The translations under genes and the position numbers were made by a program. 64,000 nucleotides of DNA, from contig OY968796.1 of the NCBI GenBank assembly GCA_963695545.1, positions 3,616,001 through 3,680,000 on the forward strand, given 5' to 3'. The notes below the pieces were generated by a model. The model was not told the DNA's origin. It saw nothing but the letters and a program-made list of their open reading frames with translations, and made no database searches. The stretch is from Terriglobia bacterium. Its GTDB lineage: Bacteria; Acidobacteriota; Terriglobia; Acidiferrales; UBA7541. Positions 9,702 to 20,407 of the stretch are shown in pieces (positions within the stretch are counted from its first letter, which is position 1; each line of letters opens with the position of its first letter).

Positions 9702-10754
9702 CTAGCGCCCGATGGAAACCGGAGGCGCCCACGCGAGCCCATCCGCGCCATTTCCCGCCTCAATCAGCGTGACCTTCCAAGTGTCCAGATCGATCGCCGC
9801 GACCTGATGGCTCGTGTCGCATGAAACATATGCGACGTGCCCGTACGGCCGCACCAGCACCTCTTGCGGCGACGCCGGCACGTGAATGGTCTTCACCACC
9901 GTCATCTTTGCAAGATTGATCACCGCAACGCCCTTGGCTTCGGGCAGCGCCACGAGCAACAACTTTCCGTCCGGCGTCGAAGCCGTGCCGTATCCTGTCT
10001 CCGGCAGCGCAATCCAGCTGTGAACTTTGTTCGTCGCCACGTCGATCACCGCAAGCCGCGGCTTCTCCGTGTCCGAAGTAAACACCCAGCGGCCATCCGG
10101 TGAAATCGATATGCGCTGCACGTGCGAGGCGACGGGAATCACAGTGATCGTTTTTCGCGCCACGAGATCGAGCACTGAAACAGTTCCCGGCCCAACGTTG
10201 GCCGTGTATCCCCGTTTCCCGTCGCGGCTGATCGCCAGCATATGCGATTCCGCCTGCCCCGTCGGCACTGTGCCGACGATCTTCATCGTCGCGGGATCGA
10301 TGATCGTGATCGCATGATCGAGTTCGGTTGTGACGTAAAGCAATCCGTCGGTTGGCCCGACGACGATGCAATGCGGCCGCACGCCGTGACCGAAATCGAA
10401 TGTCTGGACCACGCGACGCGACTCGAGATCGATCACGTCGATCGTGCTTCCGTCCGTGCCCGGCTTGCCGACTCCGGAGTTGCCATAAATCGGAACGTAG
10501 GCGCGCGTCCCGTCAGGCGATGCGGCGACTTCATGTCCCGTGACGCCGCCCTCGGGCACCACGGCGATCTGGGCGCCGGTCCTCGGTTCGATCACGCTCA
10601 GCGTGCGATCGCCCTTGTTGGCCACAAGCAGCAAACCCGCCGCGTGCGTCGAGCGAGCCAAACGCGGCGCCGAACGCGTAGTAGGCAATGAGCCAACGAG
10701 CGAAAGCGTCACAAGCCAGGTGGCGGCGTACGTCAGAGTAAGATGCGAAGTCAT
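9702..10754 (-). CDS. Secreted YVTN/YncE-family beta-propeller protein
   Basis: Signal-peptide-like N-terminus; repeated SPDG..xYV/xxVID blade motifs. Confidence 0.85.
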   Translation of the reverse strand: MTSHLTLTYAATWLVTLSLVGSLPTTRSAPRLARSTHAAGLLLVANKGDRTLSVIEPRTGAQIAVVPEGGVTGHEVAASPDGTRAYVPIYGNSGVGKPGTDGSTIDVIDLESRRVVQTFDFGHGVRPHCIVVGPTDGLLYVTTELDHAITIIDPATMKIVGTVPTGQAESHMLAISRDGKRGYTANVGPGTVSVLDLVARKTITVIPVASHVQRISISPDGRWVFTSDTEKPRLAVIDVATNKVHSWIALPETGYGTASTPDGKLLLVALPEAKGVAVINLAKMTVVKTIHVPASPQEVLVRPYGHVAYVSCDTSHQVAAIDLDTWKVTLIEAGNGADGLAWAPPVSIGR

Positions 10755-10775
10755 TTCAATACCTCCGGGATTTTT

Positions 10776-11555
10776 CTAGTGCGCCGCAGCCGGCGGATTA
10801 GCCGGGCGCGCCGGATGCGCCGGCGCCACCACCGGATGCGCAGCAGTGAGAATCACGGCCGTCTTGATGCTATCGAGCTTCGGGAAATTCGCATCAAGAT
10901 ATGCGCGTCCCTTGTTTCCGATCACTTCCTGATCGGGACCGTTTCCAGATGGAGCGCCTTCGCCGTAGCCGCTGTAAAGTTGATCCACAATCGGCATGCC
11001 CTCGGTCACCTGGCCGAAGGGCATGAAGCCAGAGGCATCAAGGCGCGGATTGTCCACCAGATTGATGAACACTTGCGTCGTCCGCGAGTTCGGCTGGTCC
11101 GTCATCGCGAAAGTGATGTAACCGCGATGATTGCTTTGCGTCATCGAATTTCGCGGATCGTCCTTGATCTCGGCATTGTCCCAGGCATGATTCACGGCCG
11201 GGTACGGGCTCAAACCAAACTGCACCATGAAGCCCGAAATCACGCGGAAGAAGCTCGCGCCGTCGAGATAATGATGCGCGACGAGATTGTAAAAGCGATC
11301 GGCGCCGTTCGGCGACCACGCGCGCGTCACGTGAATGAGCACCACGCCTTTCGTTGTCGTCATTCTGACGTCGTAGACCGCTGGCGCGCGCGCATGCAAC
11401 AGCGCGGGATTCAGCAGCGCGTGGTCGTACGCGGCAACCGCTGCGTGATGCGTCACCGGCGGCTTCGCCGTTGTCTTGCTTTGCGCCACGGCGAACGATG
11501 CGGTCAATCCCGCCACGATCGAAACTTGAATCAGCATTCTTCCGAATTTCAGCAT
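10776..11555 (-). CDS. Exported cyclophilin-type peptidyl-prolyl isomerase
   Basis: Signal peptide; FFRVISGFMVQFG, NHRGYITFAM, RTTQVFINL and FMPFGQV. Confidence 0.92.
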   Translation of the reverse strand: MLKFGRMLIQVSIVAGLTASFAVAQSKTTAKPPVTHHAAVAAYDHALLNPALLHARAPAVYDVRMTTTKGVVLIHVTRAWSPNGADRFYNLVAHHYLDGASFFRVISGFMVQFGLSPYPAVNHAWDNAEIKDDPRNSMTQSNHRGYITFAMTDQPNSRTTQVFINLVDNPRLDASGFMPFGQVTEGMPIVDQLYSGYGEGAPSGNGPDQEVIGNKGRAYLDANFPKLDSIKTAVILTAAHPVVAPAHPARPANPPAAAH

Positions 11556-11594
11556 TTTCCATTGACTCCTTCGGCTTCTTTACGTCGCGCAGAA

Positions 11595-12770
11595 TTATAC
11601 GGCGCTCGCGGACAATTCCTCAGCCACGCGTTCCGCATCAGACAACACGCGAAGAGCATTCTCGCCCAGAATCATGCGGATGTCTCGGTCCGCATAACCG
11701 CGGCGCACGAGTGCCTCGGTGATCCGCGGCAATTTAGATGCGTCCTCCATGCCCTCGGGCATTCGCGCGCCGTCGAAGTCGGAACCAATCCCCACGTGCT
11801 CGGCGCCGGCAATTTGAACGGCGTGATCGATATGTTCGACGATCTCTTCCCAGCTCACCCGCGGCAGTTTGCCTTCGCGAATCATCGCGTCGTTCAGGCG
11901 CTGGTGTTCGATCATGATGCGCGCTTCGTTTCCGGGATGCTGATTGCGAATTTCCTGATCGTGCGCCTCAAACGCGGCGGCATGTACGCGCCGCGCGCTC
12001 GCATTCTTCTGGCTCAGGAAACTAGTATGGAAATTGATCTGCAGCGCGCCCCCGCCGGCTGCGAGCGCGCGAATCATCTCGTCGGTCAGATTTCGCGGCG
12101 AATCGCAAAGCGCGCGACAACAAGAATGCGAAGCGATTGCCGGCGCGCGCGTGATCGCCAGCACATCGGAAAACGTGCGGTCGGAAACATGCGAAAGATC
12201 CACGACCATTCCGAGCCGGTTCATTTCGGCGATGACCTCGCGGCCAAATGGCGTGAGCCCCTTGTTTCCCGCGCCGCCGGACGAACCCGCCCAATCGAGA
12301 TCGGCGAAGTGCGTCAGCGTCAAATAACGAACGCCAAGCGTCGCGAAAATTCGCAGCAGGCCCAGATCGTTGTCGATTGCGTGCCCGCCCTCGACGCACA
12401 GCACGATCGCGATCTTTCCGGCAGCGTGAACGCTGCGAATTTCCGCAACCGTCGCGGCCAATGCCAAATCCGCGGGATGCCGCCGAACTTGTTCTCGCAT
12501 GGCGTCGAGCAAATTGAATGCGCGTTTGACGGCCACGGTTCCCGTAACGTCGGGAGGAACCCACGCGGCGCAAAAAAGCGCGCCGACGCCGCCTTCGCGC
12601 AATCGAGGAATGTCGATGCAGCCTTCTGCATCGCGGGGGCCGAAATCGAATTTCTCGAAGAAACAGCGCTGCGCGACATCAACGTGCGTATCGACGACCA
12701 GAAAATCAAAATGCAGCGCGCGAGCGCGCCGTGCGATTTCATCTTCGGAAAAGCGTTCGGCGGAAGACAT
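11595..12770 (-). CDS. Membrane dipeptidase (peptidase M19)
   Basis: DTHVD, EGGH, YLTLTH, EMNRLGMVVDLSH, ASHS and HVGIGSDFDG. Confidence 0.93.
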   Translation of the reverse strand: MSSAERFSEDEIARRARALHFDFLVVDTHVDVAQRCFFEKFDFGPRDAEGCIDIPRLREGGVGALFCAAWVPPDVTGTVAVKRAFNLLDAMREQVRRHPADLALAATVAEIRSVHAAGKIAIVLCVEGGHAIDNDLGLLRIFATLGVRYLTLTHFADLDWAGSSGGAGNKGLTPFGREVIAEMNRLGMVVDLSHVSDRTFSDVLAITRAPAIASHSCCRALCDSPRNLTDEMIRALAAGGGALQINFHTSFLSQKNASARRVHAAAFEAHDQEIRNQHPGNEARIMIEHQRLNDAMIREGKLPRVSWEEIVEHIDHAVQIAGAEHVGIGSDFDGARMPEGMEDASKLPRITEALVRRGYADRDIRMILGENALRVLSDAERVAEELSASAV

Positions 12771-12826
12771 GACTTGTTTGCAGCGCGTCGCGGAGCTGGC
12801 GGACTTCGTCGACTGTACCGTGAGCC

Positions 12827-13579
12827 TCAGCCGAACAGCCAGCCGACGATTGACTGGCGAATCGCCTGGCGATTCACATCGGCAATCGATTCAGTGAGCG
12901 GAATGCCTTTCGGGCAAATCTTCACGCAATTTTGCGCGTTAGCGCAATCGGCCACGCCGCCCGGACCCATCACGGCTTCCAGGCGCTCGCGCGCGTTCAT
13001 CGCGCCGGTGGGATGCATGTTGAATAGTCGCACCTGACTGATGATCGCCGCACCTACAAAATTGTTGTGTTCGTTCACTTGCGGACAGACTTCGAGGCAA
13101 TTGCCGCAGCTGATGCAACGGGAAAGTGGATAGGCCTTTTCCTGCGTCTCGGGCGACATGCGCGGGCCTTCGCCCAGATCGTAGGTGCCGTCGATCGGAA
13201 TCCAGGCCTTCACGCGCTGCAAATTATCGAACATGATCGAGCGGTCCACGGCCAGATCGCGAATCACCGGAAATTTCGTGAGCGGCTCGAGGCGAATCGG
13301 TTGCTCGAGCGAATCCACCAGCGTGGAGCACGCCATGCGCGCGCGCCCATTCACCACCATCGCGCACGAGCCGCACACTTCTTCGAGGCAATTGGAATCG
13401 AAGGTGACCGGAGTCGTCTCGCGGCCATCGCGCATCACCGGCTGCTCGGCGATGTCGCGCAAACAGATGATCACGTTCATGTGCGGGCGATAATGCAGCT
13501 CGAACTCCTCCCACGCCGGGCGGCTGTCCGGCGTGACCTGCCGCTTCACGCGAACGATCACGGATTTTTTGTCCGCCAT
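12827..13579 (-). CDS. sdhB: Succinate dehydrogenase iron-sulfur subunit
   Basis: CLEEVCGSC, CISCGNCLEVCP and CANAQNCVKICP; GGAGG RBS before ATG 13579. Confidence 0.96.
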   Translation of the reverse strand: MADKKSVIVRVKRQVTPDSRPAWEEFELHYRPHMNVIICLRDIAEQPVMRDGRETTPVTFDSNCLEEVCGSCAMVVNGRARMACSTLVDSLEQPIRLEPLTKFPVIRDLAVDRSIMFDNLQRVKAWIPIDGTYDLGEGPRMSPETQEKAYPLSRCISCGNCLEVCPQVNEHNNFVGAAIISQVRLFNMHPTGAMNARERLEAVMGPGGVADCANAQNCVKICPKGIPLTESIADVNRQAIRQSIVGWLFG

Positions 13580-13609
13580 GCTTCCTCCGACCTCAACACC
13601 CACCGCTCG

Positions 13610-15394
13610 TTACTTCGTCGCGGCGTAACTCCGTTTGCGCGGCGGAATCAGCGACGTATCCACCGGCTCGTAATTCAGCTCGATGCGACCATCGCTGTAC
13701 GATGCGCGCGTGGTCTTCAGCCAGTTCGCATCGTCACGCTCGGGGAAATCCGGCTTGTAGTGCGCGCCGCGCGATTCATTGCGCGCCAGCGCGCCGAGGG
13801 TGATGACGCGCGAGAGAACCAGCATATTCTCGAGCTCGCGCGCGAAATTCAATGTCTGATTGGACCACGCAGTGCGATCCGAAAGATTCACTTTGCGGAA
13901 ACGCTCGGCGAATTCCTGGAGCTTGTCGTCCGCTTGCTCAAGTGCCTTGTTGTAGCGCACCACGGTGACGTGCTCGGTCATCAACGCGCCGAGCTCTTTC
14001 CAGATCGCAATCAGATTCTCCGATCCTTCCTGCAGCAAGAGCCGCGCGTTGTGCTCCTGCTGACGGCGCACTTCGCGTTCGGCGATCGACGAGGAAACGC
14101 CATCCGCATTTTCTTGGAGGTTGCGCGCGTAATTCACGGCCGCTTGTCCTGCCACGCGCCCGCCCCAAATGCACGAGAGCAAGGAATTCGCGCCGAGCCG
14201 ATTGGCGCCGTGATATTGATATTCGCATTCCCCCGCGGCGTAGATGCCGGGCACGTTCGTGGCCTGGTTCTGCGTATCCACCCAGATTCCGCCCATGGTG
14301 TAATGCATGCCGGGAAAGACTTTCATGGGCTCGACGCGCGGGTCGGTGCCCACGAACTTTTCGTAGATTTCGAGAATGCCTTCGAGCTTACGATCGAGAA
14401 CTTCGCGCGGGATCTCCGTCAAGTCGAGATACACGGCCGCTTCGCCGCCGATGCCGAGCTTCAATTCAAAGACGACTTTATGAATCGCGCGCGTGGCCAC
14501 GTCGCGCGGCACAAGATTTCCATACTTCGGATACCAGTCTTCGAGAAAATAAAAACGCTCGCCCGCGGGAATCGTAAGCGGCGCGCGCGTATCTCCCGCG
14601 GCTTTCGGCACCCAGATCCGGCCGCCTTCGCCGCGCGCCGATTCGCTCATCAGGCGAAGCTTGTCTTCGCCGGGGATGCAGGTGGGATGCACCTGAATGA
14701 ATTCGCCATTGGCGTAGTCCACGCCCTGCTGAAACAGCGCGCTTTGCGCGGAACCCGTGCACACAACCGAATTTGTCGAGCGGCCAAAAACCGCGCCGTT
14801 GCCGCCGGTGCAAAAAATCGCGGCGTCGGCCGGGAACGCGCAAACTTCCATGGTTTTCAAATCCATCGCGCAGATGCCGCGCGCGATTCCGGCGTCGTCA
14901 ATCACCGCGGAAAGAAACGTCCAGCCTTCGTGCTTGCGTACTTTGCCTTCGGCCTCGTAGCGGCGCACTTGCTCGTCAAGCGCGTAGAGAATTTGCTGGC
15001 CGGTCGTGGCGCCGGCGAAGGCCGTGCGATGAAACAACGTGCCGCCGAAACGCCGATAATCGAGCAAACCTTCCGGCGTGCGATTGAACATCACTCCCAT
15101 GCGGTCAAGCAGATCGATCAGGTGCGGGGCATACTCGCACATGGCTTTCACGGGCGGCTGATTGGCCAGGAAATCGCCGCCGTATATCGTGTCGTCGAAA
15201 TGAATTGCCGGGGAATCGCCTTCGCCCTTGGTATTTTTCGCGGCGTTGATGCCGCCCTGCGCGCACACCGAATGCGATCGCTTCACCGGAACGATCGAGA
15301 AAAGATCGACTACCACGCCCATTTCGGCCACGCGGATCGCGGCCATCAATCCGGCCAACCCGCCGCCCACGATCACGATGTTTGGATTCTTCAT
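13610..15394 (-). CDS. sdhA: Succinate dehydrogenase flavoprotein subunit
   Basis: GGGLAG, RSHSVCAQGG (FAD-binding His), QVHPT, SESARGEG and HGANRLGANSL; ATGA overlap with sdhC. Confidence 0.96.
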   Translation of the reverse strand: MKNPNIVIVGGGLAGLMAAIRVAEMGVVVDLFSIVPVKRSHSVCAQGGINAAKNTKGEGDSPAIHFDDTIYGGDFLANQPPVKAMCEYAPHLIDLLDRMGVMFNRTPEGLLDYRRFGGTLFHRTAFAGATTGQQILYALDEQVRRYEAEGKVRKHEGWTFLSAVIDDAGIARGICAMDLKTMEVCAFPADAAIFCTGGNGAVFGRSTNSVVCTGSAQSALFQQGVDYANGEFIQVHPTCIPGEDKLRLMSESARGEGGRIWVPKAAGDTRAPLTIPAGERFYFLEDWYPKYGNLVPRDVATRAIHKVVFELKLGIGGEAAVYLDLTEIPREVLDRKLEGILEIYEKFVGTDPRVEPMKVFPGMHYTMGGIWVDTQNQATNVPGIYAAGECEYQYHGANRLGANSLLSCIWGGRVAGQAAVNYARNLQENADGVSSSIAEREVRRQQEHNARLLLQEGSENLIAIWKELGALMTEHVTVVRYNKALEQADDKLQEFAERFRKVNLSDRTAWSNQTLNFARELENMLVLSRVITLGALARNESRGAHYKPDFPERDDANWLKTTRASYSDGRIELNYEPVDTSLIPPRKRSYAATK

Positions 15395-16047
15395 GACGGC
15401 CGATAGAATTGGAAGGGGTGCCAGCCGTAGCGGAAGCTCACGGCGATCGCGAGACCCACGACGGCGAACATGATTGCGACGACCACGCCGAGATAGCCGG
15501 CCGCGCGTTGCGCGTGCACCGTGGCGGCGAGGCCCCACTTGCAAAGAAAATTCCACACGCCGACGCCGAGATGCACCGACGCGGCCGTCACTCCGATCAC
15601 GTAAAACCAAAAATACAGCGGATTCGCAAGCGAGGCGTGCACACCGGCAAACGTCGAATTACCGCGCGGCAAAAATCGCTCGGTGTAAACGTGCCAAAAG
15701 ATGAAGACAAACGCGATCAGTCCGGTGTAGCGCTGAAACGTGTACATCCAGTTGCCGACCCACGGATATTCCGAAACGTTGTTCTTGCCCTTCAGCCATA
15801 TGTAGACGCCGTAACCTCCGTGATAGAGGATCGGCAGCCAGATGCCGAAGATTTCGGCGAAGATCAGCCACGGCGCCGATTCCAGATCGCTTGCGGCCTG
15901 ATTGAATTTTTCGGGACTGACCAGCGCGGCGCTGTTCGTCCAGAAATGTTCGAGAAGAAAAAATCCGATGGGTACGATGCCAGAGATCGAATGCAGCTTG
16001 CGAAGAAAGAACGATGTTCGGTCGGACGAAGCCTCAGCCGCGGACAT
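15391..16047 (-). CDS. sdhC: Succinate dehydrogenase cytochrome b558 subunit
   Basis: RKLHSISGIVPIG, EH, YH, WH and VHLG heme-ligand His pattern; five hydrophobic helices; Bacillus-type sdhCAB order. Confidence 0.92.
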   Translation of the reverse strand: MSAAEASSDRTSFFLRKLHSISGIVPIGFFLLEHFWTNSAALVSPEKFNQAASDLESAPWLIFAEIFGIWLPILYHGGYGVYIWLKGKNNVSEYPWVGNWMYTFQRYTGLIAFVFIFWHVYTERFLPRGNSTFAGVHASLANPLYFWFYVIGVTAASVHLGVGVWNFLCKWGLAATVHAQRAAGYLGVVVAIMFAVVGLAIAVSFRYGWHPFQFYRPS

Positions 16048-16328
16048 GAACTCTCGGAACCTTCCTGTGGTGCGAACGGCCGCGCTGAAATTGCATTGCG
16101 AAATTCTCAACAGCGCGAACAAAATTAGTATAGGCAGAACGCAATGGCAATGCAAGACGCCGGGAGAGAGCGCGGATGGCAAAGTACGCGCAAGCCGGCC
16201 GCGCACGCGCCAAACAGGGCAGGTTGGATTGGAGAGAACCCTTTCGCGTCATGGCGTGAGGATTTACGGAAACGTCTTGACGCCATGTGCCTATAATTAA
16301 CCGTTACGCCACTGGGAGGAGAGGCTGA

Positions 16329-16862
16329 ATGTCGCAGACCCTGGCTGCCGAAATCGAACGCCTCGTGCAAGACATCGAGGAAAAAAAGATCGCCCCCGAC
16401 GCGCCCGCGCGCGAGCAAATCGCGCACGAATTGGCGAAGCGCTTTGGCGTGAAATCCGACGAGGTCGCGATTCTGGTGCTGATTCGCAGCGCGCAGATGC
16501 TGCGCTTCGTATTGCCGGAAAAACTCCGGCCCGTGGGCACGATTCCGCTCAACAGCACCTCGGCGCTGGCCGCGCGCACCGCGCGCGAACGCCGCGCGGA
16601 AGTGATCAACAATTTTCCCGCCGTGCGTCACGCGTCCGTGTTTGAAGGCGTGCCGCTGGGCCGCGAGCAAGGCGAGTCCATCCAAAAAATTATGAGCGCG
16701 CCGGTTGTGGGCGGCGTTCATGTCCTGGGCGTAGTCCAAGTTTGCCGCAAGGGCCACACCCCGTCTGCCGCGGGCGCGGATTTCACGTCTGCCGATTTGA
16801 AGGACCTCACTTCCCTCTCGGAGGCGCTGGGGCGATTTCTAATCGCATGCCAGGAGACCTGA
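16329..16862 (+). CDS. GAF-domain-like protein
   Basis: Strong RBS (GGAGGAGAGG); SALAART...IMSAPVV...LGVVQVCRK...FTSADL GAF-like pattern. Confidence 0.75.
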   Translation: MSQTLAAEIERLVQDIEEKKIAPDAPAREQIAHELAKRFGVKSDEVAILVLIRSAQMLRFVLPEKLRPVGTIPLNSTSALAARTARERRAEVINNFPAVRHASVFEGVPLGREQGESIQKIMSAPVVGGVHVLGVVQVCRKGHTPSAAGADFTSADLKDLTSLSEALGRFLIACQET

Positions 16863-16981
16863 GCTGATGCGGCGCGCGCCGCGCTCGCGAAGACGCCTTT
16901 TCAAGCCATGATTTTTCGCTGCGCCGGTTGTCGCAGCTGTTGCCGCAATTCTCGCCACAGAGATTGTGAGCGGGAAACGTG

Positions 16982-17010
16982 TTGACAGCACGGGATGAAC
17001 TTGCTACGTT
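16982..17010 (+). promoter_or_regulatory. Sigma70-like promoter upstream of the arginine decarboxylase gene
   Basis: TTGACA-N17-TACGTT with extended -10 TG. Confidence 0.55.
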
Positions 17011-17077
17011 TCGGCTCGCTCCGCTTTTGCGCGCGTTCGCAGTCTGAGCGAGGAGGCACCGCAGTCCGGCATCATCC

Positions 17078-17635
17078 ATGGCGTTCGTCGCGAAAAGAAT
17101 CTTCCTCACCAAAGGTGTCGGCAAGCATCGCGAGCGGCTTTCGAGTTTCGAGCTCGCGCTGCGCAGCGCGGGAATTGCCGCGTGCAATATCGTGCGCGTC
17201 TCCTCCATTTTTCCTCCGAACTGCAAATTAATTTCGCGCAGCGAAGGGTTGAAACATTTGCGGCCGGGGCAAGTGGCCTTCACCGTGATCAGCGAGAATT
17301 CCACGCGCGAGGCGCACCGCTTGATCGCCGCGGGCATCGGACTCGCGCTGCCGGCGGATAAATCCATGTACGGCTACCTCTCGGAACACCATTCATTCGG
17401 CGAGACTGAAGAAGTGGCCGGCGAGTATACCGAAGAATTAGCCGCCGAAATGCTCGCGACTACGCTCAACGTCGAATTCGACGCCGACCTTTCGTGGGAC
17501 GAAAAAAAGGAAGTCTATCGGATCTCCAACAAGATCGTGCGCACCATGAACATCACGCAATCCGCCGTGGGCGATAAGCGCGGATTGTGGACTACCGTGC
17601 TGGCCGCGGCCATGATGATCGGCGAAGACGACTGA
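17078..17635 (+). CDS. pdaD: Pyruvoyl-dependent arginine decarboxylase
   Basis: SFELALRSAGI..NIVRVSSIFP (Ser-Ser self-cleavage site), YGYLSEHH and WTTVLAAA. Confidence 0.9.
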   Translation: MAFVAKRIFLTKGVGKHRERLSSFELALRSAGIAACNIVRVSSIFPPNCKLISRSEGLKHLRPGQVAFTVISENSTREAHRLIAAGIGLALPADKSMYGYLSEHHSFGETEEVAGEYTEELAAEMLATTLNVEFDADLSWDEKKEVYRISNKIVRTMNITQSAVGDKRGLWTTVLAAAMMIGEDD

Positions 17636-17687
17636 GCGGCGATATCTGCTGATTGCACCCAGAATCAAGTTAATCAAGGGAGCGGGA

Positions 17688-17969
17688 ATGCCACACATGA
17701 CCGTCACTTTTTCACACTCTTTGATCGGATGGATCATCATCGGGCTGCTGGCCGGTTGGTTGGCGGGAACGTTGTCGCGCGGCCGCGGCTTCGGTTGCAT
17801 CGCGAACGTCGTGATCGGACTGATCGGCGCGCTGCTCGGGGGCTGGATTTTCACGAAGCTCGGAATCGTCGGCTCGGGCAGCAGCTTCCTGTACAGCTTA
17901 GCGGCCGCAACGGTTGGCGCCGTCGTTCTGGTATTGATTGCGGGATTGTTCTCCGGAAATAGATCGTAG
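17688..17969 (+). CDS. GlsB/YeaQ/YmgE family (transglycosylase-associated) membrane protein
   Basis: WIIIGLLAGWLA...NVVIGLIGALLGG...ATVGAVVL. Confidence 0.92.
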   Translation: MPHMTVTFSHSLIGWIIIGLLAGWLAGTLSRGRGFGCIANVVIGLIGALLGGWIFTKLGIVGSGSSFLYSLAAATVGAVVLVLIAGLFSGNRS

Positions 17970-18127
17970 CGCGCGAAAAAGCAGGCTCCCTTCTCTGCGC
18001 CTTCCGCATTTCTAGCGGTGTTCCGCGAGTGCCCGCCTCGAATGTGATAACATGAAAGCAAAGTGAATCGAATCGACTTCATCAACACGGACAACGCAGT
18101 CAATTCATTCGGGGGAGTGCGCGGGCT

Positions 18128-19792
18128 TTGAGTCAGTCTTCTTTGTGGGCTATTCCGCTCGGAGGTCTCGGCGAGTTCGGCATGAACATGCTGGCTCTGC
18201 GCTGGGCTGACGATATCATCCTGATCGATGCCGGCATGATGTTTCCCGAAGCCGAGCTGCTCGGCGTCGACGTGGTGATCCCCGACATCAGTTACCTCAA
18301 ACAGAATCGCACGAAACTGCGCGCGATTTTTCTGACGCATGGCCACGAAGATCACATCGGCGCGCTGCCTTATATTTTGCGCGACGTCCAGGCGCCGATT
18401 TACGGCACGCCGTTCACGCTCGCGCTGGTGCGCAAGCGCCTGGAAGAACATGGACTGCTCGAACAGGCCAAACTGCACGAAGTCACGCCGGGACAGCACG
18501 TTGAGATCGGGCCGTTCAACGTCGAATTCATTTACGTCACGCACAGCACGATCGATTGCGTGGCGCTGGCCGTGCGCACGCCGCTCGGCGTGATCATCCA
18601 CACTGGCGATTTCAAGATGGACTCCACGCCAACCGACGGCCGGCCCTTCGATTACCACACCTTCGCGCGCTACGGCCGCGAAGGCGTGCTCGCGCTCTTT
18701 AGCGACAGCACCAACGTCGAGCGGCCGGGCTTCACGAAATCTGAACGCGCCGTGCGGCCGCGCATCGAGGAAATATTCCGTGCCGCGCCGCGCAAAGTTC
18801 TGTTCTCGTGTTTCGCGTCGTCGATCCCGCGCATCCAGCAGGCCATCGAACTCGCCGCCGCTGCCGGCAGAAAAGTTGGATTCCTCGGCCGCAGCATGGT
18901 GGACAACGTTGAGATCGCGCACGGCATGGGCCGATTGACGATTCCGGACGGCTTGGTGGTTCGCTCGCAGGACTTGAAATCGTTTCCGCCCGAGAAATTG
19001 GTGATCATCGCCAGCGGCAGCCAGGCGGAGCCGATGTCGTCGCTTTCGCGCATCGCCGTGGACAATCACAAGTGGGTCACGCTCGACGAGCGCGATACCG
19101 TGGTGCTCTCCGCGCGCATCATTCCCGGCAACGAGAAAGCGATTTTCCGCATGCTCGATCATATGTTCCGCCGCCAGGCGCTGGTCCATTACGACAACGA
19201 GGGTGGCACGATTCACGTTTCAGGCCACGCGAGCCAGGAAGAGCAGAAGTTGCTGCTGAATCTCGTGCGCCCAAAAACTTTCATTCCCATTCACGGCGAA
19301 TACCGGCAATTGTTCCGTCACGCGGCGCTGGCGCATGAAGTCGGCGCCGTCTCCGGCGAAATCATGCTGCTCGAATCCGGCCGGCCAGTGGAATTTACAG
19401 AACGCGGCGCGTTCCGGCGCGATCCGGTGCCGGCGGGCCGCGTGTGCGTTGATTCCGGATCGCTCGAGGAAATCGAAGAGGTGGTGATCCGCGATCGGCA
19501 GCATCTCGCCGAAGACGGCGTGGTCGTGCCGATCATCGCGATCGATAAACACACGGGCCGAATGGAATCGCAGCCCGAAGTGGTCACGCGCGGCCTCTTG
19601 CCTTCCGACGACGGACAAGAACTAATCGCCGGCGCGCGCGCCGTGATCATTCGCACGATCGAGCAATCGAACTTGGAGGAAAAAACCGACTGGAGCGTCA
19701 TCAAGGAAAAAATCCGGGTGGACTTGAAGCGCTATCTCAATAAGCAAACTTCCAAGCGTCCTCTGATCCTGCCGGTAATTCTCGAAGTGTAG
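18128..19792 (+). CDS. rnj: Ribonuclease J
   Basis: PLGGLGEFGMN, THGHEDHIG, HTGDFK, DSTN, HVSGHA and PIHGE; TTG start. Confidence 0.96.
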   Translation: MSQSSLWAIPLGGLGEFGMNMLALRWADDIILIDAGMMFPEAELLGVDVVIPDISYLKQNRTKLRAIFLTHGHEDHIGALPYILRDVQAPIYGTPFTLALVRKRLEEHGLLEQAKLHEVTPGQHVEIGPFNVEFIYVTHSTIDCVALAVRTPLGVIIHTGDFKMDSTPTDGRPFDYHTFARYGREGVLALFSDSTNVERPGFTKSERAVRPRIEEIFRAAPRKVLFSCFASSIPRIQQAIELAAAAGRKVGFLGRSMVDNVEIAHGMGRLTIPDGLVVRSQDLKSFPPEKLVIIASGSQAEPMSSLSRIAVDNHKWVTLDERDTVVLSARIIPGNEKAIFRMLDHMFRRQALVHYDNEGGTIHVSGHASQEEQKLLLNLVRPKTFIPIHGEYRQLFRHAALAHEVGAVSGEIMLLESGRPVEFTERGAFRRDPVPAGRVCVDSGSLEEIEEVVIRDRQHLAEDGVVVPIIAIDKHTGRMESQPEVVTRGLLPSDDGQELIAGARAVIIRTIEQSNLEEKTDWSVIKEKIRVDLKRYLNKQTSKRPLILPVILEV

Positions 19793-19879
19793 CGCGCTCC
19801 GGTTCACACGCTCCCGCTGTTATGATGCAACCTCGCCGGCACTCGTGCTCGATTTTTCCGCGATCGGAGGAATTTCTTC

Positions 19880-20404
19880 GTGGCTAGCTCGATTGAGCAG
19901 CGCTATGCCGGTTTTTGGCTCAGGGTTACTCCCGCCGTTCTCGATTTGATGGTCCTGGGCCTCGCGCTCGGGGTCTTCGTCTCTTTCCTCGAAGTCGCGC
20001 GCGGATCACCAACGGCTTTCTTGAATCTTCGTCCGGGAGATCCGCCGAGCGCGGTCATCAAGGCCATCGGCCTGCGCGGGATTATCGCGATTCTCGGATT
20101 CTTCATCGTCAGCGGATGGCTATATTACGCGCTGCTCGAAAGCTCGCGCTGGCAAGGAACGCTCGGCAAGAAGTTTTTTGGTCTGTACGTCACCGACACG
20201 CAAGGCAATCGAATTAGTTTTGGGCGCGCGACCCGGCGTTACCTCTGCGGCCACTTCTGGCTCTGTGTTCCTTCCATCGGTGGACTCTACTTCACCACGG
20301 ATTGCATTTGCAGCGGACTCACCGCCAGGAAGCAGGCGCTTCATGACGCGATCACCGGCTGCCTGGTTTTAAGGCGAGATGAAGGCGGAGCGCGGCGCGA
20401 ATAA
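19880..20404 (+). CDS. RDD family membrane protein
   Basis: YAGFWLR..A.LD, QGTLGK and KQALHD motifs. Confidence 0.9.
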   Translation: MASSIEQRYAGFWLRVTPAVLDLMVLGLALGVFVSFLEVARGSPTAFLNLRPGDPPSAVIKAIGLRGIIAILGFFIVSGWLYYALLESSRWQGTLGKKFFGLYVTDTQGNRISFGRATRRYLCGHFWLCVPSIGGLYFTTDCICSGLTARKQALHDAITGCLVLRRDEGGARRE

Positions 20405-20407
20405 CCC

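Noticed and set aside
10743..15406. Very long plus-strand ORFs (764 aa and 779 aa)
   Set aside because: Antisense shadows of the PPIase, dipeptidase and sdh genes caused by GC-rich codon bias; no recognisable motifs
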